Shown here one piece after another: positions 38,214 through 51,735 of a DNA stretch of 64,000 bases. How positions within the stretch are numbered: position 1 is the stretch's first letter; every line of letters starts with the position of its first letter. The stretch is from Azolla caroliniana (Eukaryota > Plantae > Polypodiophyta). The position numbers were made by a program, and so were the translations under genes. The notes beneath the pieces were generated by a model, which worked only from the letters and a program-made list of their open reading frames with translations, was not told the DNA's origin and did no database searches. Location: positions 22,878,001-22,942,000 of the forward strand of contig JBHGNT010000005.1 in the NCBI GenBank assembly GCA_043228905.1. Direction: 5' to 3'.

Positions 38214-40889
38214 TATTCTGAAAGCAAAAGAGCTCTGTCGGTTCATTTCCTCCGTCATTTGTATCTTTGTACACTAATATTTTATCTTCTAATTGCGTCA
38301 ACTTGTTGGAAGAAATGCAAATTTATGTACATAAAGCTTGACCTTGGCAAAATCCTAACATGGTTTGTTAACCTGAGTTGAGGCCAGAAATGATTGTAAT
38401 GTGAAGCAGATAGAATCAATAAATGAAAACCTTATTTGATCAAGTTACACGACAAATGAACAACAGAAAATAGGGAAACCTCTATCTTGACATTCTTTTA
38501 TACGTTAAAAACCGTTCACAGCTAGGTAACACACTTCGTATTGACATAGGTAGACAGTGTTTTAAAATATTTGAAGGGAGACATGACGCATTATCCAAAG
38601 CTTGCATTGTTTGTTTGTGAGGATTGCATATATGTTGATCTTCTTGACACGTAGACCAACCATCAAGTAGATTGATTAAAGTAATATTAGCAAATTTAAT
38701 ATATACATTGTTTCTTGGAAGAACACATGATAACCTCTAGTGTAGTGGATCAAAATTCAAAGGTTCCTATGAGCACAATCACTTTGAAACTCAATCCCTT
38801 TTATTGATTTGATGGTACAATCAACCGTTAAAACTCGTGATGAAGGGGATAGCCATAGAGAAGGCTTGAAGGTGAAGTAGTGGATTGTCATCCATTGTCA
38901 AGCTTGAGTTGAAAGATAAAGAAACGCTTAATTATGCGCTCGAAGGCGACTTTGATAAGTAAGACTTCCTATTTTATCCAAGTCTTGAATTATGCATCTG
39001 ATCACACATCTATTTGAGCATCTATACTCATGCCATGTGAATTTAACTAGTGAAAATTTCAAATCCATTAATTAGAACGCAATGCATTCACATGCAATCT
39101 CTAGTCATACACATGTTAGTTTGTATTCTTTGACACATTGTGGACCTTTGTACCCATCTCTTGGTCCATACACACATAACTTTGACACAATTTTGCATGA
39201 CATCATAAGCTTGTAATCATCACCCATTGAGTTCTTGATAGGGTCACCAAATGTCAAGTAAAAAGAGGTTCGTTGCTACAGAGTTTGGATGGGAAGCAAC
39301 CTATTCTTGGTCAGTGAGTGAAAGTGGGTGTCAATCACACCCAAGCCTACTAATAGAGTGAACTATTTCACCTATGAATTGTCTTCTCACAGTCACTTGA
39401 ACACCTTAAATAGTTGACGTGTATTTAATTAAACGACAACCTATGTTCTCAAAACTAATTAAAGAAAGCCACAACAAATTTATATACCAACATCATGCTC
39501 TCATTAACCGACAAAACCAAGTGCATTCTATACAAGATGAAGTTCAAATGCCTAAGTCAAACAAGGCACTAGTAAAATGTTAAGGTGATGCTTACACTCA
39601 CCCATTGGAAGACCAAACATTTCAAAGTTTTTAATATTGTGTTTGCATGGGATAATATTTTTTTACTACTGCCTGGCTATATTTCTTTTCTCATTTCTTT
39701 TTAATTGGAGTTTTAGATCAATTATGAGAAATGACTACAATTGCAACTACATTACAATCAAAGTCAATAAGCATAAATAATCAACTAACCCATTGCCTAA
39801 ATAAAAGTAATATTGTGGTTATACAAGACCATCGAGGTTAAAACAAAAACTTCTTCGACACCATACTTTTTACAAAAAATCCATACAAGTTTTCTCTCAA
39901 CGATAAGTAGCATTCGTTAAAAAATGATTGTTGTATTCAAACCTAATTAGCATTTACTTTGAGTAATTGCATTTTGAAAACCAATAAAGATTCATGAATA
40001 AATAACATTTAAATATTCCTTAATATTGGATAAAGAAATCACACTTTACTACCTCAATTCTTTCTAATATTGTGGTGAAACGAGGGAAGGAGAAACAAAT
40101 AGTGCCTTCACTATTAAAACAACAAATAAAAAAAGATGAGGTGGGTTTTACAAACATTAAGGTTCAGCTAAGTAATTTCTTGGATCAGAATGATATTCTT
40201 ACTATTTATGAAAATTACAAATATAAAACTTCCCTTTCGGGAATAATAAAATATGGTACTGTAAGGGTTGAAGCCAGTAGTAGAAACATAAACGGCGGGA
40301 AAGAAAGAAAGAATGGTTCCTGGTACAAAGTAACCAAAGGGTGTTCTAATTGTATCACAAAGACTCATGCATGAGTATAAGGTTTTTGCAAACCCTCAAT
40401 AAAAGTGCTATTATTTTTCTTGTCATGAATATTTCAAATTCTAAGGAAATTTAGAAATTAACAGGATGATATGAATTCTTGGCATTAAACTCGTCAAAAC
40501 TAAATAATCGTATTTATGGTTGTTTCTCACATACAAACTCCTAGCGAATAAGATTCTCGATCGGGGAAGAGAGAGGAAGGATATCGAAAACCTCATTTAA
40601 TGAGCTTCTAATGGAGTTAATAAGAATGTCCTAACAATACTTACTACCTTGCACTTAATTGCTTGGTATATTGATGCATGTCTATGGTAAAATAAAATTG
40701 ATAAGGAAATATGATGAGAGAATACATCACAATTACAAATGTATTGCCTATTGGGTTCATTACAATAGTGGGTAGTAAGCTTTACTTACACATGATTTGA
40801 TTGTGTAATGCTGGGTGGGCACTGGGAAGTTATTGTGAGGTATGCATAAAGTAATCGTGGAATTATTTTCATGGATGATGAGCAGAAGG

Positions 40890-41250
40890 TAACAATCGGC
40901 AATGGTTTGGTTTGAGAGGGTCCAAACCGAACCATTTAAATTTTTTTAAACCTGAACCAAACCGAACCGTTAAACATTTTTCAAACCGTTAAACCATTAA
41001 ACCGTGGTTCGGTTTCGGTTTCCAACATAGGTCAAATTTTTAATTTTTTAAAATTTATAATATTTCATTATTTAAAATTATTTAAAATTTTTAAGATGTT
41101 CCTAAAATGTGAGAATAAGGTCTAAAAATGAAAAGATTGTTTAAAAACAAATTTTTAACTTTTTACAATTTTTTTAAAAAATAATAAAAAATAAAAAACC
41201 GTTTAAACCGCGAAACGGTTCAGTTTAAACCGAACCGTTGCCGATTGTTA
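40890..41250. mobile_element. hAT-type MITE (361 bp)
   Basis: TIR TAACAATCGGCAA(T/C)GGTT(T/C)GGTTT at both ends; 8-bp TSD GCAGAAGG / GCAGAAGT (7 of 8 match); internal AACCG motifs. Confidence 0.9.
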
Positions 41251-42423
41251 GCAGAAGTCAAGCCTTGGAATGTTTTAGGAAGGGTAGAATTATATGACAG
41301 GAAGAAGATACATATGTGAAGGTAGTCTTCAAATAAGAATCTCTACATGAGCCTGGAAAATGAACATGACAAACTAAGTAATGGTGATGTATTAGGGATT
41401 TTACCATAAGAATTTATTTGCTTGAGTCCATTCACAAAAAATCCTCTAAAGGCAAAATTCGAATGTACAACTTTGAATTTCTATCTTTAAAGGGTCGAAA
41501 AACGTTGGTGTAGAAAAAAGGAGACACAAATAGTTTATAAAGGCACAAAACTGATGGTGATTTAATGCATTGGAGAAAGAATGAACAAGCTGAAGCCAAC
41601 AAAGAATAGGAATCATTATGGGGGAAAGGTTCCCAAGCATTAGTAAGAGAGAATTTACCCAAGGGGGAAAACATAATCAGATAGAAGGAACAAATGAATA
41701 AAGGATAGTGACGTTCTCATTCTAATATCGAAATTTGTGCAAGGGCCAAATTTCCCCCCATCAAAATGGTATTCTTTTAAAATTTCCAATAGACATCTCA
41801 TTTTCTTTCTCGATTTTTAAAAACAAAAGACAATTTATATAACGTGCATGTTCTGTTAGTGTTCACACTGGTCATATTATTTTATATCAATGCTGCAACA
41901 ATTTTGAGCTTTCATAAGAACTCCAAACTTGAAAAATGATCTAATCCTTCAAATTTGTCACCCTTGGAGTTTTTCATTTGCCTTGTACCTCTTTGCCCCA
42001 TGGCTAGGATGGTTTGGAGGTGTATTAATCTAGTGCGGGTGTCTCTAACTCGAGTAAGCCTATCTTCCTTCGGTTGGATTTTTGCACATATGGAGAACAA
42101 TTAACTGATGCTTCATTTCCAAATTATTTTTGAGTTCTTGAGGTATTGGGGGTTATGGTTCAATTGGAATATGCAGAATGCCTGCATTTTTTATTCGCAA
42201 GTTGGGGCGAGAAAATATGTTGTAAAGTTAAAACGACTTCTTTTGTGGCAATTGATTGTGTTAGAGAAGTCACAAAATCTCAACCATAAAGAGAGAGAAC
42301 TTTGCAAGGTCATTGATCATATATTCGACATTTGAATTGGTGTGTAGGATGGGATTGAGTTTGTGGTGGTGTTTTTTCTTTCATAATGAAAGCCATTATT
42401 TACAAAGAGAGAAAGAGAGACCA

Positions 42424-42496
42424 GGTGGATGTAGCTTAGTTGGTAAGGTTGCCCAATGGAGACTAGTGGCCATGGGGTTCAACCCTTACATTCCAC
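42424..42496 (+). mobile_element. tRNA-derived SINE-like head (degenerate)
   Basis: A-box-like TAGCTTAGTTGG and B-box-like GGTTCAACCC; GTGGATGTA pairs imperfectly with TACATTCCAC. Confidence 0.4.
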
Positions 42497-45400
42497 AGTG
42501 GTATCTACTAAAAATAAGAGATATCTATGGAGTAATAGAGAGGTGAGAAAATTAGGTTTCGAACCCAAGATATAGTGCTAGAGTGTGCCTTGGCCCTTGA
42601 CCAATATTTTGATGAAAGTGAATATATTGCATCTATATGTAGCTCCAATTGAATCATATATAATATGGGATGCGAGTCATCATTTCCATCATGTCCTGTG
42701 CATATCATGCATGTGTCATTTTGTATATGAAGGTATTGAACAATAATAATAGAGTGGGATATGTGCCACCATCAATGACACCAGAAACTTTCTTCTTCAT
42801 TAGTAATGCTCAACTACTCTATCTAGTATCTAGGAGAGAAGTAGATGTTGTGCATTGAATTGATAGTGTAAATAAAAACATAGAAACAACTATGTGAGAA
42901 TTTAAAATAGGCTTGTATTCAGGGATGAATATATAATCCCACGTCAAGTTTACAAGAGTTGTAACTACAAATTACTTCAAAATTCTGTCTAATTTACATT
43001 AAAAAAATCCAAGTTTTTTGGCTAGACATATGTATTACGACATGGAAATTTTCCTAATCTATCCATATAATTAAACATCAATGTTGTAAGCTTATTAGGA
43101 TCACTAAGTGCATCATAGTGATATTGTGTTTCCATAGCCTTAAACATTTTGTTTGTATCTGAATCCTATGACATCACATGTTAAAAGCCTATTTCTCATC
43201 CAAGCACATTGTTGCATCAAACAAGCATTCTGGATATGTTTGAAAACCCAATCTATTAACCATCCATTCAAATGGACCACATCATTTCTCATCACGTACT
43301 GATTGTGATGTTTGTCAAGCGTGCTATTAGGGAAGGGCTTGGAGCTAGTACTCATTTCATAGTTTATTAAAAAAGAGAACCTTTCCCATTAAAGTTTTTA
43401 GCGATTCGCCCTTTAATGTAATTGAGTGAAGCATTTTATTTCTTCTTGTCTTTATATGCTCGAGAGCTAACCTAACAAACTAACACCGGTAAAACAATCA
43501 TCCTTCTTTATCTTCTACTTTGTGTTTGTATCGCCAAAGTTCCTTAGATGTTGTTCCCCCAACATTTTAGTTTTATAGCTCCCAGACATCGTTATCTTCT
43601 CCCTATCTTCTCCGCTCTCTTTTTCTACGTTTTCAACTAGTACAAACAAGAATTACCAACAAATGCATTTCTTATGGTCCCGCATATGTGTAAATTTAGA
43701 AAGCATAACTCAAGTTCACTATCACTTCTGGGACATTATGAGCGCATAAACCATCACTTCTTTAACTTACCTTTTATATCTTTTACACTTTGTATTTCTT
43801 GGAGATTCATATGCTCACATCCGCCGATGTTTAGATGAGGCCCTTCTATATGTATCATTCTATGTCAATAATCATTGTATATTCAAATGGAATTCCTTAC
43901 GAATGTTCATCAGTACAATCACCATGAAGGAGAAAACGACATGCCGACTTTTCAATCGTTCATTGTCACAAGAATTCTCAACCATAGTAACGTAGCTCCT
44001 ATCCCACATGTTCCATAATGGACGTATATCTATCCATTGAAAACCATTTATTTCTTCCCATTGTTGAAAAGAGTATACGTCTATAAATGCACTTGAATTT
44101 CGAATAAAACAAAATATTCTCATCACATGATAGAGAGCCACTTCCTTTGTTCCAAGTCTTAAGAGTATATGTGAAACATACAAGAACGAAAATAGAAATT
44201 AGTACACGGTTATATATGGTCACCATCAAGAAAAAAATTAATGAATGGGACCAAAGAAGGTTGAATAAGATGTAGTAAGAATGCTTCCAACAATCCATAC
44301 ACACCAATTATGGAAAATAGGACAATGACTTTAGGAATGCTTTATCCTTTAATCTCATGTCAAGATTTATATTATAATATGTTTTTGATCCCCACATTAT
44401 AAAAAAGAAGAACTTACATTCCGATTATATTTACATTTGCTTTGCAAGGAAGCTTCTCAAACTAATTTGTTGACATCGTCATCTGTAATAAACATCAAGA
44501 CACACAATTACAGTATTGGGAGCCATTTTTTAACCTCATTGTTCGTACTCATGGTCTTTGAATTACTTAATAAACCTATAGGAATGGGGAAAAGCCTCAA
44601 CAACTCTTATATGCGACAAGATTATAACACACTAGAATTTGTCAATGATTTAGGATAAGAATGCAAAGAAGATTTAACACATTCACATGCTAAGGTGTGT
44701 ACCATGAAAAGAAAAACGGTAAAAATTGACTCATTTATCAATGAAGCTCAACTTGAGTGAGAATATAATATAAAGATATAAGTTCTTTCTCCTCGATCGC
44801 AATCACACTTTCCTTGGTAATCTCCCTCCCTCCCTCTACCCCCCCTCCTCATGGACAATAAAATTCTATTGTATTATCTTCTTTATGAATCTTGTTTTCA
44901 ATGTAGGATTTCAAGACATCCCATCTCTTCCCAAACAAGCTTCATTTTTTGGCTTTATGAGTAAATGTTTGCCTCCGCGAGCTTTGTGTATTCCACTACA
45001 CAAAGTTATGTATTAACTTCTTCATAGTTCCCAATTTTGCGTCTTTCCAAATCACATACATACTATGAAATTGGCACATTGGCTCCTTTTAATTTTTTAA
45101 AGAGCATGTATTGTAAGACTATTAAAGTTTACCTACTTTTTCAGCATATATGTAGTTGGTCACAAATGAAAATGAAGTTGTGAAAGAGGTTAGCAATCCA
45201 TATGGATCTATTTTCCCCAATTCATCATATAATTACAATTGTGAACAATTCTTGTGTGTGTGCACAAAGCCAAGCATTTCCACATATTTGGATTTGTTTG
45301 GTCTAAAAGAAGCCCCAAATGGGAATATAACATATTTAGTCTAAGTTGCAATATTGAACATTACCTACACAAAACTTTCCTACGGTCACCCATATTCACA

Positions 45401-46322
45401 TTCAACGGAACATGCCTTTGACAATGAGGTACAATTGAAAATATAACGAAGAACGATATGATCTTGTCCATGCGCCCAAGCTAGTCTTCAGTTATCATGA
45501 ATCTTGTGATGAAGAAACATTATTCACTATGGAATTTCTATTATGTATGACATATACATTGTTGAATTATCGTTGCGATTGAACATTATATAGTTATTAA
45601 TGTTGGATTTTCCTTTTTCCTTTTTTCATGTTGTCTGACTTGACTAGCCAACTTGTGCATTGGTCGATTTGTGATAATTTGCATGCATATTCTTTACAAG
45701 AGAAATGCAATAATGAAGTTGGTAATGAGTCATGACCTTATTCGAAAGTTGACTAAGAGAGCTTCATATTGTCATGTGCAATGGCATTTGCTATAATTAA
45801 ACAAAAGTTGACATATATATGAAGTAATAATATGGACATTGAAGCTCTTAACCTATGTCTAAATGTAACTCCAATTTTGTTTGCAAATTATTGTTACATA
45901 CATGTCAATAATTGATACCCACTAAAGTTACAAACGATAAAACCAGACACAAAGGAATTATATTCAAACTATCCTCAATATGTGAGGGGCGATATCAATT
46001 TCAAATACACATATCAATATATACCCCAATAAAACAAGGTGAACAATTTGTGGATGGAGTTACAATTGCTGCCGAAGATGATAGAAAATTTAATACATAA
46101 CAAGGCAAGAAAACATGATTATAAGAGGGGAGAGAATGTTAACATTCATTACAAAATGTGAAGACCGGTACTACGGAGAACTAGTTATATTAGGTGCTAC
46201 TAGTGAGTCTAGGTTATTAAAAGTCAAAATTTGTTACCTAACTTGATTCTAAAGACAACCCATCATTATAGAACTTGAAACTGTGATACACTTTATCTGA
46301 AAATGTGTATATTAATACACAT

Positions 46323-46354
<32 letters not shown>

Positions 46355-49300
46355 CATATGTGTGTGTGTGAGAGAGAGCTATATCAAGAGAGATTATATC
46401 GAAAATGGATATCCAAAGGAAATCTGAAATCTTGATTTCGCACTACCGATATTGTTATACATTAATCGTCAATGAGCGACATCAAATGTTCATTGAATTA
46501 AATATGCATTATTTAAAGTAAGACTAGGCTCGTGATAATTGGTGCTATAAGAGCACATTAAGATACAATGCCGATCAATATTATTGTGATGATTGTCCCT
46601 TTCTTCCTTGTATTGAAAGCCATACATTGAATGTGATATTGGCCTTTATAACCGCCCAACATCTCATAATTAATAATGGAGAGGCGATATTGCTATAGCC
46701 TACATGCCCATGACCATGGGACTAATGGACTATGATTCGAAGATCTCTACTTGTCTTTATACCCATTTATGTAACATCATGTGACCATACGATTCGAGGT
46801 GAAGTCTCACTAATTTCTTTAACACCAACATTTACTAACTCAATCCACCCGCACCGCATTATCTTGTTAAATATTATCTAGAATCTAGTTGGGTTATAAC
46901 GACTTGAAGTTATTTTAAAGACTTTCCATGTGGTAGATGGTTTGCAAACTTAGTCGAAGTTCCTATCAATATTTATAGCTATTTTATGGTCTTCGTCACT
47001 CCATTGGAATTTCATATTCATGGATCTCTAAAGGTTAATTCATCTTTGTGTTTGAAAAATAAGTGTTAAAATGCCACAATGAAGACAAAGAAAAGAACAT
47101 CAACTAAAAGTTTGGCTCCATTTATAATACGTAGAAGTTTGAATCCCATATAATCATAATTATTGAGATTTCACATTTTCGTCGAACTCGTTTTTGAATA
47201 AAACAATGTTCTTCAATCTTAGTGAAATAGAAAATATAAAAAACAAGTAGGTGTATGTCATCATGTCACCTTTTCGTGATAGGTTTGTCCCATATTTAGT
47301 GTTTTTGTCATTGTATAGCCTTGTTTCATATATTTGTCCAACACTTAGCCTATTGTCATTGCATCAACTTTTTTTCGTATGTGTTATTCTAGTAAACACA
47401 CAAAGAAATCATGGAAACAAATTATGACATTCATCAAAAGACATTTTTCAGAATAAGTTGGAATGTAGTGAAGGCTCATCTCATCGTCAACTAAATGGCA
47501 AGTAACAAATAACTTGCGATCACTATATCTCATTGCGAATAGAATTATCTTAATAGGTTTATTCATGTTCCATTAAAGATCCTTCAAAGTCAAATTGAAT
47601 TTGATAAAAATAAAGTTACAAAGCTGCATCGTGACAGGACCATTTTGCCTCATAACTAGAGGGTTGAAAACAAAATCATTTCCCTTTTTAAGGCATTGCT
47701 TGAAACGTGACATTAATCCCATTGGCATTTAACTTAATTAATATGTGGCCAAGCTTTTGTTGAGTTTGGGTTAGTATCGAATTATAGAAAACAAATGTCA
47801 ACATGGAATCATAAATTATGAATTATAAAGTCGTATTGAGTTGCATGTGAATCCTTTCTTTGCGGATTTGATTCTCGGAGTCCTAGTTATATTGTAGTCT
47901 TCCTTTCCCACCTTTGTTTCATTGTCAAGGCTATTCCATGTAGTTTTTAGACACGTCTAATAGTCAACCCATATGACATGTAAGATCCTCACTTATTGCA
48001 CTTACTACAAAACCAATTTCAGATATAGAATTTCAGATACACCTAGCAAAAGGAACACGTTGTCGAGACTATGAGTTTAAACACCTCAGTCCCCATATCA
48101 AAATTGAACAAATGGTAAACAAGATAGGGTCACTTGCTAGACTGTAACCTTACACCATTTGTAAATGAGTAGTTTGCTTAATGGACGGTTCTTGACATTC
48201 TTTGCCTCATGCCCAACATTTTGGAGGGCATGTTTCTATATCCATGTCTTCCTTTTCATCATGTGAATTTGTTGGTTTCTAGTCACATTGATGGTCTTAC
48301 TTCCTTGAAAGGAATATATGAGAATATTCATATTTGCTACCTCATTGTATATTATGAATTTAACAAGCTTCTATGTACTTCTAGGCCCCCATTTGCAACT
48401 CTCTAAGACCCCTCTAACAATATCTAGTCCTTTACTGGTGCATGAAGGTGCATATACAAACATTGAGGTAGTTCATGTTACCACTCTACATTTTACTCAT
48501 CAATATCCCAATCAGGACTATATGTTTGTCCTTTGCCACATCTTAGGTAATGGAGGACTATATGTTTGTCCTTTGCCACATCTTAGCTACCATTACCGTT
48601 GAAACAAGAGCCCACCTTATCAAGTACAATTTTAAGGTCATGTTTATGCTACCGGTTATTTCCTTACCACCATAAACATCATAATTTGAGACATATATGA
48701 AAATAGATTCTTTTATACTTCATTATTTTGTGCCTTGGAGTTTGATTTAAAATAATATCTTCATAAAACTAGCAGTTCCGATCAATCATCTTGCATGTTG
48801 CACAAGACTATAACATTTGTGATTGTCATCGATTTAATGGAGTCATCAACCATCATGATCAATTGAAGATACGTATTATAGAAGTTGAATCCAAAGTAGA
48901 CACCATAATTAACATGATGATTAGTTCGGTCAATATAATGCGCTCGGTTTGTTGTTTATGAGTGTGAATATTCACTCAAGTGTCCATTGGACAATTAGAA
49001 ACTCAATACAATACCTGGCGCAAAGGATAAGACCTGCTAATTATTTAGTACTTTTTTTCCCCTCGAATATGCTGTGATTTACTACAACTTTATAAGTTTA
49101 TTCTGTATTTTTCATTAAAATTTGGCATTGCTCCATAGCCATCACAATGATATTCTGATTGCTAGCTAACAATATATTTGTACATGAATATCACTTTAAT
49201 TTACGGCCTTAATCATAAACTCACTTGGGTCATGTGGCCCACCCTATGCGGACGGCCATAATTTACAAGGACTAGGCTTTTTAGCCACAAACCAATATCG

Positions 49301-51215
49301 TTGGAAAAGCCTATACAAAGAATTACAATATAAAGTTGTGGCAGGATTACAACTTCGACAAAACCCTAGAAACGATAACTATAAAATCAATCTTTTACAT
49401 GTAAGATAACACCCCCAACTCTAAGCATATGAGCCTTCCTCTCAAAAATGTGTGTGCAATCACTACTCGGAGAACTCACACACATTTATTTCTACACTTT
49501 CCATGTGCAATTTGAATAATCGATTCGTGTTTTCTAAGACTTGTGTTTGAGCTTTTTATGAATGTCATAATTTGTCCGTCACATGACACGACCATGAACA
49601 TAGACACAATCTATGTCCCGCTCTTTCTCTCTTGGTGACCCATGGACTAGAGAACTTGTGATTCCAAAATTCTACCATTGTGAAGTATATAGCAAGAGTT
49701 GGTGCGTTTATAAGATTGGTGATTGTGTCTGGAGTTTGTATATAATCCTTGTAAGATCATGCACTCGGGTCACATAAAATCTCATGAAGCGTGAAGTTCA
49801 AACACATCATTAAATAGCACACACAAGTCGTTGGGACCTATTGCCCCCACCCCCCCACCCCCTAGCAAGGCAATTATAAGCCTACCCTACCCTAGCCAAC
49901 GATAAATTAAATCATAGAAAGTCTTTCTTCTCTCACACACACACGTACACACACAAGATCACGAATCCGAATCCATGCCCAAGCTTGTGACATCCCCTTT
50001 AAATATAAAGATTAGACTTAATTCATTAACATTCCTAGCTTCCGTTAGGCCCATCCATACCACACCCCCCCCTAGAAAAGTGATAAAGAAAAGAACGCGA
50101 AGAATTCTATATAATGTAAGCACTCGCAGTATATACTACCTACATACGTTGCAATCATGATATTGACACCGCAAAGCAAAAATGGGACGATGGTTTTGTC
50201 CATTCCTCGAAACGAAATTCAACATTCTCATTCTCATTCTCCCATTCTCTCTCGTCAATCATTTGATACCCCCAAGACATGCATTAATATTGTAATATAC
50301 GATGTGTTTTGTGTATGAATGAATGAATGAATGAATGAATGATGTGTGGTGTTATTGTGGCACGGCTCTTGTGTATGGTGGACACCGCGGCCCCGAAAGG
50401 GGAATGAATCGAGTGCGTATGTATGTGTGCGAGAACATGTTCGACTCAAACACACACACACACACATGATACATTCTAATGTTTTCTCATTCTCCACACA
50501 TGATCAATTGTAATCAATACTATATGTACATTTATATAAATATATATAAATAAATAAATATTTATATATATGTATGAATGTATATATATATGTGTGTGTG
50601 TGTAATCAATTATAATGTATACATACATATGTGTAGATGTATATCTATTTATTTATGAGTATTATTATATGTAAATAACTAAACATCCTACTACTTTTGA
50701 ATATCTTTGATTTTTGTTTTTGTTTTAAATATATATTAAGAAAAAAAGGTTCTTTTTCTTTGCTTTTCTCCATTTTCATCATATCTTGTTGTTATTTTTT
50801 TCTCTTATGGATTACTATAACACATATAAAATAGAAATATAAACTCAATACATAAATAAATTCATTTATTATATATATATATATTATTCTTATTTATTAT
50901 ATTTGTTTGAGCCATAATATATAAGACCTAACATCTCCTTTGCTTTTTGTTTTTCCTTTTATTGGAAAAATATATAATAAGAAAAAGAGCTTATTTTTCT
51001 GTTCTTTTCTCAAAATTATTATCTTTCTATGTTGTTTTTTCTTCTGGATTATTGGATACATTATAAATATATTAAATAGAAAGATAACTAAGATAAAATA
51101 TAAAACTCAAAATATATAAAATAAATTCATTTATTACGATACATATATATATGTATTCATATGCAAAGAAATGAACATGTGCTATATTTGCATCCTTCAA
51201 TTATTTATATATTTA

Positions 51216-51251
<36 letters not shown>

Positions 51252-51648
51252 TGATAAAACAGAATTAAATATGTAGTGGATGAAAGAATTCATGTTGAGT
51301 TTTTTCTCTTTTGGGGTTTTTTTGTTGTTTTTTTTAAAACAAAATTTTGGTTTTTAATCTTTTTGACCAATGCCTGCCTGCCTCAGAATTCACATATATA
51401 GAATTTAAAACAAATAAATTGATTAAATTATAAAAGAAGAAAAAAATAATTCAATTGAATTAATAAGATCATGGATCAGAGATGGCAAAAATGATTAGTC
51501 TCTCTCTGCTCATTGATTGATTCCTTCCATTATTTTAATTAGGGTTTCTTTCACACTCTCTCTCTCTTTCTTTCCTTCTTTCTCTGTCTGTCTCTGCAGA
51601 TTCATATGCATCTCTGTATATATAAATTTCTTTTAGGGCTTTTATATA

Positions 51649-51682
<34 letters not shown>

Positions 51683-51735
51683 TATGTAGGGAATATCTGT
51701 CTGTTTTTCTGTTGATTCTTGATTTTTAGGTCATC

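Noticed and set aside
42424-42496. A functional tRNA gene
   Set aside because: No convincing cloverleaf or anticodon arm; more consistent with a decayed SINE head.
38300-51700. Many 60-100 aa ORFs in the long AT-rich intergenic region
   Set aside because: No recognisable motifs, no exon-like structure, and composition typical of random AT-rich DNA or old TE debris.
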